A DNA stretch of 63,311 nucleotides, counting the filler, from Octopus bimaculoides (taxonomy: Eukaryota): NCBI RefSeq assembly GCF_001194135.2. It is 5 parts of 5 records of this genome, joined end to end, with 100 filler letters (N's around TTAATTAATTAA, not from the genome) between each part and the next. Parts side by side here need not be neighbours in the genome. Positions count along the whole stretch, not along the records: positions 21,371 to 29,148 come from NC_068997.1; positions 29,249 to 35,130 come from NC_069005.1; positions 35,231 to 60,073 come from NC_068995.1; 2 more parts are not named here. One strand, 5' to 3'. Shown in pieces: positions 24,435 to 36,345 of the stretch (positions within the stretch are counted from its first letter, which is position 1; every line of letters starts with the position of its first letter). The notes under the pieces were generated by a model, which saw nothing but the letters and a program-made list of their open reading frames with translations, ran no database searches and was not told where the DNA came from. Both the position numbers and the translations under genes were made by a program.

Positions 24435-24806
24435 GTGTGTGTCTACATATATATATAAATATACATATATACAAATGTATGTGTATGTATTTATATGTAT
24501 TTATAGATGCATACACAAAAAGCGGAAGAGACAGAAAAATATAGATAGAAAAATAGATAGATAGATTATGAGGTCAATACACCAAAAGTTAATCATGCTA
24601 TAGAGGTACTCAATACCGTTATGTAGAGCAAGTGAGAGGTTAGATGACACATATGTCCACAAAGCAGGGGGAAATGTCTTCAAAACTTACTCTATATTCA
24701 AGGATTTCAGATGACGGTTATATTTCAAATGACGGTTATATTTTAAGACTCTGACGGAGAGGGAATTTGAGCCAGATTATCTGGACATCATTATTGCTTA
24801 TATCGT

Positions 24807-24886
<80 letters not shown>

Positions 24887-26494
24887 NNNNNNNNNNNNNN
24901 NNNNNNNNNNNNNNNNNNNNNNNNNNNNNNNNNNNNNNNNNNNNNNNNNNNNNNNNNNNNNNNNNNNNNNNNNNNNNNNNNNNNNNNNNNNNNNNNNNNN
25001 NNNNNNNNNNNNNNNNNNNNNNNNNNNNNNNNNNNNNNNNNNNNNNNNNNNNNNNNNNNNNNNNNNNNNNNNNNNNNNNNNNNNNNNNNNNNNNNNNNNN
25101 NNNNNNNNNNNNNNNNNNNNNNNNNNNNNNNNNNNNNNNNNNNNNNNNNNNNNNNNNNNNNNNNNNNNNNNNNNNNNNNNNNNNNNNNNNNNNNNNNNNN
25201 NNNNNNNNNNNNNNNNNNNNNNNNNNNNNNNNNNNNNNNNNNNNNNNNNNNNNNNNNNNNNNNNNNNNNNNNNNNNNNNNNNNNNNNNNNNNNNNNNNNN
25301 NNNNNNNNNNNNNNNNNNNNNNNNNNNNNNNNNNNNNNNNNNNNNNNNNNNNNNNNNNNNNNNNNNNNNNNNNNNNNNNNNNNNNNNNNNNNNNNNNNNN
25401 CATATATATATATATATATATATATATACTTATATACATTTTGCAAATGCAACTGCTGCCAGTTGGAATCTCCGCATACATACATACATATATGCATACA
25501 TACATACATACATACATACATACATCCATACATACATGCATACGCACACGCACATACACACACACACACTTATACATACATACACATGCATATACTTGAG
25601 GTGTTTCACTTCAACAACAAGGTTATCAACACATTATTCTGGTTAGTCTCACCTTATATACTCTAACAAAAAGAAAACAGCCATATCTTATCACCTTTTT
25701 ATTTGCCTTACTTTGGAGGCTAAAAAGTCCAGACTTCATAATTAAATTAAAGTACACGGAAAAGATTTGACAATACAACAAAAATATATGTAAAACAAAG
25801 ATAAATGAATTTAACAAATTCCAATATATCCAAGAAACNNNNNNNNNNNNNNNNNNNNNNNNNNNNNNNNNNNNNNNNNNNNNNNNNNNNNNNNNNNNNN
25901 NNNNNNNNNNNNNNNNNNNNNNNNNNNNNNNNNNNNNNNNNNNNNNNNNNNNNNNNNNNNNNNNNNNNNNNNNNNNNNNNNNNNNNNNNNNNNNNNNNNN
26001 NNNNNNNNNNNNNNNNNNNNNNNNNNNNNNNNNNNNNNNNNNNNNNNNNNNNNNNNNNNNNNNNNNNNNNNNNNNNNNNNNNNNNNNNNNNNNNNNNNNN
26101 NNNNNNNNNNNNNNNNNNNNNNNNNNNNNNNNNNNNNNNNNNNNNNNNNNNNNNNNNNNNNNNNNNNNNNNNNNNNNNNNNNNNNNNNNNNNNNNNNNNN
26201 NNNNNNNNNNNNNNNNNNNNNNNNNNNNNNNNNNNNNNNNNNNNNNNNNNNNNNNNNNNNNNNNNNNNNNNNNNNNNNNNNNNNNNNNNNNNNNNNNNNN
26301 NNNNNNNNNNNNNNNNNNNNNNNNNNNNNNNNNNNNNNNNNNNNNNNNNNNNNNNNNNNNNNNNNNNNNNNNNNNNNNNNNNNNNNNNNNNNNNNNNNNN
26401 NNNNNNNNNNNNNNNNNNNNNNNNNNNNNNNNNNNNNNNNNNNNNNNNNNNNNNNNATTATTATTATTATTATTATTTTAATAACATCATCATT

Positions 26495-26697
26495 GGGGCA
26501 GCGAGCTGGCAGAATCTTTAGCACGCCGGACGAAATGCCGCTACGTTCTGAGTTCAAATTCCACCGAGGTCGACTTTGCCTTTCAACCCTTCGGGGTGGA
26601 TTAAATTAGTACCAGTTACGCACTGGAGTCGAAATAATCGACTTAATCCCTTCCCCCAAATATGAGACCTTGTGCTTCCATTAGAAAGGTTTATTAC

Positions 26698-26752
<55 letters not shown>
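26495..26752 (+). mobile_element. SINE family A, tail type 2, with (ATT)n tail
   Basis: Family A head and body with a short internal deletion. AGAAAGG is followed by (ATT)n, and (ATT)n also lies upstream. Confidence 0.9.
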
Positions 26753-26757
<5 letters not shown>

Positions 26758-27299
26758 CATCATATTCATTGACGATGAGGACTCATATACACTATGTAAA
26801 AATTTGTGATAACAATCGAGGGTTTTACAAAAATGTAGGAGGATGTATATGCATATATAATTACATGCTTCTATCCTTATTTGACTTGTTCCATCCAGCT
26901 CAGACTAATTATACAAAAAGCCTCATCCCAGTTCATATGCTTTTCCTCCTCCTCCTCCGTTTCCTCTACTTTCACTTTCGTTTTCTCGTCAATGATGATA
27001 CAGAAAGAAGGTGGAGCCTTCCTCCTTTCCTTCCTTCATTTCCTCATCAATATCATCCAATTTCCTTTTACTTTCCTTTATACCATTCCTCCTTTTTCTC
27101 CTTCCCATCTCTCTTTCTCTCCCCCTCTCTCACTCTCCTTCTCCCATTAACTTCTCGTCTTACCCTACCATTTTCTCTCATAGCTCTGAATCTTCTTCTC
27201 AAGAAGCCACTTAATCCGTACTTCATTATCTTCATTGTTTTATTTAATGGGTTTTTCTCTCTGTTTTGTCACCTCATCTATAACACAGTAACGCAGTCA

Positions 27300-27523
27300 T
27301 TCCCCATTTTCTTTCCTTCTTCCTTTCTTTCTTTCTTTCTTTCTTCCTTTCTTTCTTTCTTTCTTTCTTTGTTCCTTTCTTTCTTTCTTTCTTTCTTCCT
27401 TTCTTTCTTTCTTTCCTTCCTCGTTCAATCGTCCAATCCTGCTGTAAGTTTGNNNNNNNNNNCTTTAAGTTTGGCATTGCATATGCAGTAACTGCAGCAA
27501 GAGAAGCAGCAGCAGCAGCGGTG

Positions 27524-27581
<58 letters not shown>

Positions 27582-27669
27582 AGAATAGCTTTACACTACT
27601 TATCCACTTATCTCCGACACACTTCTTATCACCACCCCCGTTATCAGCACTACCACCGTTGTCACTACC

Positions 27670-27700
<31 letters not shown>

Positions 27701-28135
27701 TAAAAAACAAAACTCATCTTGCGACCACAAATGTCACCACCACGATCACATTTAGTGCTATTACCACCGAAACTACCTGCAAGACCACCACTGCTACCGT
27801 TACTACCGCTTAAGCTACCACCATCACCACTGTCATTGCTTCAGCCACCACCAAGACCCCTACTACCATCACCATCTACTACAACCACTAAAACGCCACC
27901 ACTACCACCACCATCATTGCTTTCACCAATACCAGCACCTTCACCACCACCATCGCCAGCATCCGCACCAGCTCCTGCACCATCCGTACCACGATCACCA
28001 CCAGCACCACTTTCACAACTATCACCACTACCACCGCAACCGCTACAGCAATTAGCACCGCAACCACTAAAAACAACCACCAGAAAGTACACACATACCA
28101 CCACCACCACCACCACCACCACCACCATAACCACA
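27300..28135. repeat. (TTTC)n, (AGT)n and a long degenerate (ACC)n field
   Basis: Direct inspection; generates the Pro/Thr-rich pseudo-ORF at 27719-28207. Confidence 0.9.
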
Positions 28136-29520
28136 ATATTCCCTCTAACCACTCTGTGCAGGTCTTTCTTCACCTCCTCCTCCTACTGCTACCGCCAAAA
28201 GTGCTAGTTCTGCCTTGTTGGTGCCATGTTGAATCTGATTGGCTGTTTTGGAGTAAAAAGTGGGAAGTTCGAAGAATCCATGCAAACTGCAACAACATCA
28301 ACAAAGAAATATAATATAAAGAAAGGAAGAAAAAACACAAAAAAAAGAAAGAGTCATAAGGAGGGAAAGAACTTCATTGGAATATTCCAATAATGTTTGT
28401 TATTGTTTTTCTATGATTTTTTCTCTCTTGTTTTTGTTTCCATTGTTTCTTCATTATTGTATGTTTTATTTCTGCTTTTGTTTTTGTGTTGGTGTTGTTT
28501 TTCTTCCGAACAACTTAAGAAGTTCAAGAATTATGCGATAGCATCATTGCATTTCCTGCCAAGACATCTTTGCCAATGGTTCGCAAAGATTAACCAACTC
28601 GATTCCAATTCTCTTTAAGTTCTATTTTAGCTGATTGCAGAATTTCTTGGAAAGAAGTTAACGAGATTTTATATCATATATCTTATCCAATTTTCTTGAT
28701 TTTTATAGAGCTAATTCCTTATTCTTGTTTAAGCAAATTAACCAAAATACATTCTTTCGAGAAATTTGTAGAAAACCAGAAATTGGTAAGAATAATCATT
28801 TAGAAGACAAAAATAGATAAGAGATACATATTCATTCTTCATTTATCTTTAAAAAGTCAATTACAACAAAATTATTACTTTCCCTATCTATTTATAATTC
28901 CTTCAAACATCAGTGCAAGACAGCTTCCAGAATTCCAGGTATATATATAAATATATCAATTTATTTTTCTATCAGCATGTATTATATATTTCTGCAACGA
29001 ATTGGCACACGCCTAAAGCATATTTGTCATTCGTTTACTACGTGATAATATGAAATATTTTTGCGTTTTAGCTTCTGAAAAAATATTTATTTTCTATTAT
29101 TAATCTTTCTTTCTATTTAACTGTTCATGCTTGTAAGATATATATATANNNNNNNNNNNNNNNNNNNNNNNNNNNNNNNNNNNNNNNNNNNNTTAATTAA
29201 TTAANNNNNNNNNNNNNNNNNNNNNNNNNNNNNNNNNNNNNNNNNNNNTATATATATGTATACATACATACGTATCTATAGTGCGAGTGCGCACTATAGA
29301 CCAGGCATATACTATGCAGGAGTCTCTATGTGGTCACTTTGCTAGAAACCACAGCAAAATCTGCCTCAAATTACACTTTTACCGTTATATAAACGGACAC
29401 ATTAGATAAAGACGGGACAGTTTCCGCTGGAATACCTTTAATCATATTTCTATTCGATCAATGCTGATCATGGCTAAGTAACAACTAAAAAATGTCTTGA
29501 ACAAATAAAAGAAACAAAAC

Positions 29521-29690
29521 TCGTTGTCGTCTGCTCGTTTGTGTCGTCTGCTCGTTAACGTCGTCTGCTCGTTAACGTCGTCTGCTCGTTAACGTCGTCT
29601 GGTCGTTAACGTCGTCTGGTCGTTTGTGTCGTCTGCTAGTTTGTGTCGTCTGCTCGTGTGTGCCGTCTGCTCGTTAATGTCGTCTGCTCA
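29521..29690. repeat. 17-bp CpG-rich minisatellite, 10 units
   Basis: GTCGTCTG anchors every 17 bp from 29526 to 29679. Unit variants are ...CTCGTTAAC and ...CTCGTTTGT. Confidence 0.95.
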
Positions 29691-29798
29691 TCTCAGACGT
29701 TCCCATCACGCCTACATCTGTATGGCACTGACACCTTCGGCGAAAGAAAACTGGCGAATATAACATCATTGTGAGAATTATACGGACAATCTGTTGAT

Positions 29799-30330
29799 GC
29801 AGGCGTGGCTGTGTGGTAAGAAGCTGTGTGGTAATAAGGCGGCGAACTGGCAGAAATGTTAGCACGCCGGGCGAAATGCTTAAGCGGTATTTCGTCTGCC
29901 GCTACGTTCTGAGTTCAAATTCCGCTGAGGTCAACTTTGCCTTTCATCCTTTCGGGGTCGATAAATTAAGTACCAGTTACGCACTGGGTTCGATGAAATC
30001 GACTTAATCCCTTTGTTTGTCCTTGTTTGTCCCCTCTATGTTTAGCCCCTTGTGGGTAATAAAGAAATAAGAAGCTTGCTGCCCAACCACATTATTCCGA
30101 GTTCATTCCCACTGCGTAGCACCTTGGGCAAGTGTTTTCTTCTATAGCCCTTTTGCCGACCAAAGCCTTGTGAGTGGATTTGGTAGATGGAAACTGAAAG
30201 AAGCCCGTCATGTGTGTGTATATGCTTTTGTGTATGTGTTTGTCCTCCCACCATATATATATATATGTGTGTGTGTATGTATATATGTGTGTGTGTGTAT
30301 ATGCGTGTGTGTGTGTTTATGTGTGTGCGA
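29799..30330 (+). mobile_element. SINE family B 5' half, interrupted by a family A SINE
   Basis: GCAGGCGTGGCTGTGTGGTAAGAAGC, then the A insertion, then AAGAAGCTTGCTGCCCAACCAC...GAAAGAAGCCCGTC-(TG/TA)n. Confidence 0.88.
29838..30068 (+). mobile_element. SINE family A, tail type 1, nested in a family B head
   Basis: Full copy interrupting B between TGTGTGGTAA and AAGAAGCTTGC. Confidence 0.92.
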
Positions 30331-30964
30331 CAGGTTTCTTTCAGGTGGTGGTGGTGGTGGTGGTTATTGACGACGACGTCGACGACGACCATGATGGCGA
30401 TAATGATGAGGATGGTGAGGATGTGAAGGAGGAGGGAGAAGAGGAGAATGTGGGGAGGGAAGGGAAGGAGCAGAGGGAGGTAGTGGAAGATGATTATCAG
30501 GATGCATGTAAAAGATGATGGCGACGATAGAAAAAAATGATGATGATGATGACGATGATGATTAATAGGAGGAAGATGGGGATGCTGATGATGAGGATAA
30601 CGGTGACACTGTGGGGATGATGATGATGATGATGATGTTTATGTTTGGTTATGATTGGCTGCTGATGATGAACGGCGGTGATGTGTCAACGATTAAAGAG
30701 AAAAAAGCAAACAAAAAAGAAACGAAACGAATGAAATCTATCGTTATTTTGATAAAACTGATCGTCCAACCTCTCTTCCCCTCCCTCCACTTCCTCCTCC
30801 TCCTCCTCCTCCACCTCCACCTTCTCCACGTACAGGAAAAACGCTTCCGTCTCACACGGACACGCCCCCTCCTTATCAAACACACCTCTCTNNNNNNNNN
30901 NNNNNNNNNNNNNNNNNNNNNNNNNNNNNNNNNNNNNTCAAACACGGCCCCCCCCCCTACACAC

Positions 30965-31620
30965 ACACAGAACACGTCTCTTGCTCATACGGACGTACCA
31001 CTTATATGTTCAGTCACACACCCTGCTTCTCGTACATACCTTCTCCACACGCCCACACTCTCTCTGCCCCCCCCCTCTCTCTCATGCACACACACACACA
31101 CACACCTCTTGCTCATACAGATACACCGCCTCTTATTCGTTCAGGTACACACCCTGCTTCTCAAAGAAACATACCCTCTCCATACACTGACACGCATACA
31201 CAAACATACAGATACATCTCCTTACTCATACGCACGCTTACCTACTTCCACAAACAAGGACATCCTCTTCGTACGGACCAAACACCGCCTCAGGCAAAAC
31301 TTCTCTTTTATGGACACACCTCTTTACGGTATAGACGTACCTCCTATTCACATGGACAGAACATCTCATAAAGACATACTCCCTTCTCATATAGACACAC
31401 CTCCTACTCATGTAGACACACCTCCTCATATAGACACACCAGCTTCTAATATGGACACACATCCTCACATAATAGACACATCAACTTCTAATATAGACAC
31501 GCCTCCTTCTTATATAGAGACGCCCTCTTCTCATATAGCCACATCTCCGCATACAGACACCACCCCTAAACATAGACATACCTTCATGTACAGACACACC
31601 TCTACGTGCAGAAGTACTTC
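30965..31620. repeat. Degenerate 18/21-bp minisatellite (ATAGACACACCTCCTTCTCAT consensus)
   Basis: Thirteen consecutive anchors from 31313 to 31556 are spaced 21 or 18 bp apart. Eroded units extend on both sides. Confidence 0.85.
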
Positions 31621-31665
31621 CTCAATCAGTTGCACAACACCGCCTTTTATAGACTCACACCTTCT

Positions 31666-31703
<38 letters not shown>

Positions 31704-31860
31704 CCAACTAATGCATATAGACACCCCTATTACTACCAAAATGGCCACCATTCATTTACCATCATCACTACCAACTACCATCACCATTCCGACCGCTACG
31801 AACGTCACCACTTACACCCTCTGTCCATCGCTACATCAATTAACACAATATCGCTACCAC

Positions 31861-31990
31861 TACGTTCCCGTAACTTAGCGGCTCGGCAAAAGAAACGGAT
31901 AGAATAAGTAGAAGGCTTACAAAGAATAAGACCTGAACCCGGAACCCTATGTTTTGGGAAGCAAATTTCTTACCACACGGCCACGCCTGT
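31861..31990. mobile_element. Fusion of a plus-strand B internal piece and a minus-strand B head
   Basis: CCCGTAACTTAGCGG...AAAGAATAAGAC is joined near 31932 to CTGAACCCGGAACC...CTTACCACACGGCCACGCCTG. Confidence 0.8.
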
Positions 31991-32101
31991 ACTTATACTT
32001 TTTCGTTGGGTTTATTGACAATGGCTCGAAGATCATTGAGCTTCTCCATGAAACGCAACACCTGAACAAAAAAACTTCTAGGCATATATGAGTGTGTGTG
32101 T

Positions 32102-32153
<52 letters not shown>

Positions 32154-32194
32154 ATGTATGTATAAATGGAGAGACAGCGAGAGAGAGAGAGAAA

Positions 32195-32590
32195 GACCGT
32201 GTGGTAAGAAGCTTGCTTCCCAACCACATGGTTCTGGGTTCAATCCTACTGCGTGACACCTTGGGCAAGTGTCTTCTGCTGTAGCCTCGGGCCTTGTCAG
32301 TGGATTTGCTAGATGGAAACTGAAAGAAGCCCAGCGTGTATATATATATGTATGTATGTATGTATGTATATGTTTGTGTGTCTGTGTTTGTCCCTCCACC
32401 ATCACTTGACAACTGATGCTGGTGTATTTATGTCCCCGTAACTTAGCGGTTCCGCAAAAGAGACCGATATAATAAGTACTAGGCTTACAAAGAATAAGAC
32501 TTTGTTTCGATTTGTTTTACTAAAAGGCGGTGCTCCAGCATGGCCGCAATTTAATGACTGAAACAAGTAAAAGAATAAAAGAAAAAAGAA
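32195..32590 (+). mobile_element. SINE family B, full length: tRNA-like head, CORE-like ACCTTGGGCAAGTGTC block, internal TA/TG tract, LINE-like 3' tail
   Basis: GTGTGGTAAGAAGCTTGC...GGGTTCAATCC...GGAAACTGAAAGAAGCCC-(TA/TGTA)n-...CCCGTAACTTAGCGGTT...GGCGGTGCTCCAGCATGGCCGCA...CTGAAACAAGTAAAAGA. Confidence 0.92.
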
Positions 32591-32878
32591 TGATATATAC
32601 ATATATATATACATAACTATATTTCTATATACATACATACATATATCTATATATGTATATATGTATACATACATATGTATGTACGTACGTATGTATTTAT
32701 GCATGTATATACACTCACATACAAATTCGATAATATAATTTTAGACACGCTATATCTGAATAAAATACTGGATGGCCATGTCCGGAAGCAACTTTCGTTA
32801 AGGATTTGCTTGAACAAGGTTGACTTTGTTAACTTGGTCTCGAAACAAGATTATCGTCATCATCATCGTCATCATCAC

Positions 32879-32913
<35 letters not shown>

Positions 32914-33111
32914 CCAGTAGCAACAAGGACCACCAAAACAGCAACACCAGCAACAAGAAGAAGAAAAAACGACATTAGCTACAGTAAAAATCAACAACAA
33001 CATTAAATCTGATCCAAGAAAGATAAAAAAATTCACAGGAGAAAAAAAAAAAATTACGTCTACATCAACAAGTGAAGACGAATTATGATAGAAAAACGAG
33101 AAAGAACGTTA

Positions 33112-33343
33112 TCACGTGGTTAGAATGACGTCATTGGTTGACATCTGTGACCTCCACCGACCATCACCTCATTGTCCCCACCACCACCACCACCACCTCC
33201 GTCCCGACGCCGCCACACCGCCATAACATCTTCCAGCTGGTTCTATATATCACATTAGTAATCTTACATCATCTGACAAAGACCTTTCATTTACGAACGA
33301 CCACGTAAAACAAACATGGGGTGAACGAACCAAAATGGCCGCC
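33112..33343. promoter_or_regulatory. Candidate promoter/enhancer motif cluster
   Basis: TCACGTGG (33112), ATGACGTCAT (33125), ATTGG (33133), CATCTG (33142), TGACCT (33148) and CAAAATGGCCGCC (33331), in non-repeat, locally CpG-rich sequence. Confidence 0.35.
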
Positions 33344-33994
33344 ACATTTCTTAACTTATTTATTTATCTACCTATGAACTTATTTTATCGATTTACGTAT
33401 TTGCTTATTTTATTCATTTTATTTTTTTTTACTTATTTGTCTATTTATTTAGTTATTTGCTTATTTAGTTATTTATTTAGTTATTTTCTGATTGATTTAT
33501 TTGACAAAGTTGATAAATGATAAACCGTGAGTCTCTTGGAATTCGATACTGCTGCTGCTGTTCTTCTTGTTATTGTTGCTGTTGTTGATCTTGTTTTTAT
33601 TGTTGATATTGGTGGTGATGGTGATGGTGATTGTGATGGTGATGGTGGTAGCATGTCGTGGTAGTAGTGGAGTTGGTCCCAATAATTCATTGCCCTGTAT
33701 GCTCCGAGCATCACTTCAAATTTACTTTTATGTTTTTTCATCGTCGATGTTGTTGTTGTTGTTGTTGTTGTTGTTGCTGCTGTTGCTGTTGCCGCCACCG
33801 CCACCGCCGCAGCCACTGTTGCTGCTGCTGCTGCTGCTGCTGCTATTGTTATTGTTGTCGTTGGTTTCGTCATCATCCAAGATTTTCGTATCTTAGATGT
33901 ATTTAATTTTCTAAGCAACTTTCCTTCTTTATACAGAGAAATGATACACCTGCGTGTGTGTGTGTAACTGGACACACAATAAAGGACATTCTAC

Positions 33995-34126
33995 ATGGTC
34001 AACAGACCTCGAAAGAATGAAAAATACAGTCAAGCTTGGTGGCATTTGAAAACAGAACGTTAAACCGGAAAAAATGCCGCTTAGCATTTTGTCCGGCCTG
34101 CTAAGTATCCTTCCAAATCGCCGCCT
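33995..34126 (-). mobile_element. SINE family A, diverged 5' part
   Basis: Reverse complement starts GGCGGCGATTTGGAAGG...GGACAAAATGCTAAGCGG. Confidence 0.75.
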
Positions 34127-34155
34127 TAAGCAGACCTGTAATGAAAGATATTCTA

Positions 34156-34237
34156 ACCGAGGTCGATATTGCCTTTCATCCTTTCGGGGGTTGAGGAAAT
34201 AAGTGCCCGTTACGCACGTGTGTCTTTAGTAGAAAGG

Positions 34238-34276
<39 letters not shown>
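34156..34276 (+). mobile_element. SINE family A 3' part, tail type 2, with (ATT)n
   Basis: CCGAGGTCGATATTGCCTTTCATCCTTTCGGGG...TTTAGTAGAAAGG(ATT)n. Confidence 0.8.
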
Positions 34277-34835
34277 TAGTGAGTGAGAGAGCAGTGCATG
34301 CCATCAAAGTGACACTGGGGTAAAATATACGAAGCCCAATATACCCATCATGACTACCCGTCTGATAAGGGTACACCAGGCACATGCATCACAACCATAT
34401 GTGCACGACATGGTGATCTCATATCAGGATAAACAGCGCATGACCTCGCAGGTGGGGCCCAGTTGGAATTTTTTTCAGGTCGCGTAGCCCATCCTGCTTA
34501 AAAGGTCCCTGAATAAAGTTTGTTTAAGGATATCAAGCAAAACACCCATCTTTACAAAGGTGAATTATTCAAACCCCAAAAATTCCTCTCGACACATGGC
34601 TATGATGCTCCCCCACTACTTCTGCTCGTGATCAGAGATGCACATATCGTCAGCCACCAAGGGATATGCTCAACTGGTTAAGGTCAAACAACTGACAAGC
34701 AAATCTGTGGTATTGAGCAGAATATTTGCTGTAGCCCATCATTTATACCAAGACAAAACAATGTACATGATAACACTTCCAATCAGTAAAGATTACAAGC
34801 CATGAAAGCCACTGCCTGGTACTGCATCCGAGCAA

Positions 34836-34837
<2 letters not shown>
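34277..34837. mobile_element. Interspersed repeat F (about 560 bp) bounded by (ATT)n on both sides
   Basis: Right half aligns with 4609-4872 (e.g. CAGAGATGCACATATCGTCAGCCACCAAGGGA..TGCTCAAC). No ORF. Class unresolved. Confidence 0.75.
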
Positions 34838-34873
<36 letters not shown>

Positions 34874-36007
34874 GCTGGTCTTGTGTCCAAATTTGAAACT
34901 ATAATAGTTCTGTTACATCAGGAATGACCTACAGCTGAACAAGAAGAACAACAGCAACAATTGAACAAAAGAAGGAAAAATCGGTGAGAGAAAATTCCTT
35001 GCAGGGGTTTTTTGAAGCGTTAATAGTGTCATGTTTCGAAAGCTGCACATAAAAACACACATACAAACACACATACAAACACACATACATACATACATAC
35101 ATACACATGCACTTTACATATATATATATANNNNNNNNNNNNNNNNNNNNNNNNNNNNNNNNNNNNNNNNNNNNTTAATTAATTAANNNNNNNNNNNNNN
35201 NNNNNNNNNNNNNNNNNNNNNNNNNNNNNNTATATATATCTTCCTCTCTTTCTCGCACTCTCCCAAATATGCGCATACATGCTCACATATATACAAAATT
35301 ACATACACATAAAATATAATAGCTCTCTAGTAGAGAGAGCGCGAAATACGAGGGAATATCTATACTTCAGCAGCGTTTAAGACATTGTGTACAGCAAGAG
35401 AAATCTTTATGATATCTGCAGTCCTCTTTCAGAGAAGATACTCTTCTCCTTTTGACCAATTTCGGAATGAATGAAATCCTCTTTAGGTATTTTCACGTCA
35501 CAAAAGCCTATGGACAGAATGAATTCCTGGGCTGCTAGCGCAATTACACCTGATTTCCATTTATAATTAATTTTGACCATTCTCGGAACTGTAGTTTACT
35601 CATTGTTTTATGAACATTTATGATGCCGAAATATCAGCTGTTGACTATGTTTCTATTAACCTTATCTTATCCTTCTAAATTCTTCACAGTAACAGATAAT
35701 TGAAAGACATACTTTTCAGTTATAAATTATTCACTGAGCCATTGATTGGATACCAGCTGGTTGGATGAGAGGATAGAAATATGAAAACAAAGTGAATCGA
35801 CGCAATTACAGTATTGACCGAGAGAGGAAAGGAGTGATAAAATAGAAAAAGAGAAAGAAAACTGACTGCTATTTACACAATAATAGCGTTGAGATTCGCG
35901 ACCGAGGTAATAGGGGAAATGTTAACAGCATTTGTGTGAGAGATTTATATAAGAAAACTTCATAACTGTTGAAATTACACATGCAGAAAATTTTCATTAC
36001 TCTAGAA

Positions 36008-36345
36008 CAAAGATTCTCAAACATTTTGGGCCACTGCCCCCCCCCCCTCATGGCCACATAATAGCCTCAGTGCCCCACCCCTATTTTTATGTATCAATAA
36101 ATATTCTATATTTTACTAATTTATGTATACCATGAATTATTCGATATGTAATATAATATCATATAATTTGTATACAATACTATAAAAACATAATAAATTC
36201 ATAGCGTCCCCCAATCCATTGCCTTCCTCCCAACGCCTCCTTTTTCTCTAAAGACCCCACCCTATCGTTCCCTTTGGTACTAGCGCCCACCTGGACTGTC
36301 TCAGCGCCCACCGGAGGGCGGTAGCGCCCACTCTGAGAACCTATG
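36008..36345. mobile_element. hAT-Charlie-type MITE with 8-bp TSD
   Basis: Ends are CAAAGATTCTCAAA...CTGAGAACCTATG. Flanks are CTCTAGAA and TTCTAGAA, the NTCTAGAN Charlie target. Homologous to 58030-58318 in the opposite orientation. Confidence 0.9.

Noticed and set aside
27719-28207. 162-aa Pro/Thr-rich, extensin-like ORF
   Set aside because: Derived from a degenerate (ACC)n field; it starts at TTG, is open in other frames and strands, and lacks splice support.
28235-28245. Consensus NF-Y box (CTGATTGGCTG)
   Set aside because: Isolated motif with no accompanying promoter elements or open downstream frame.
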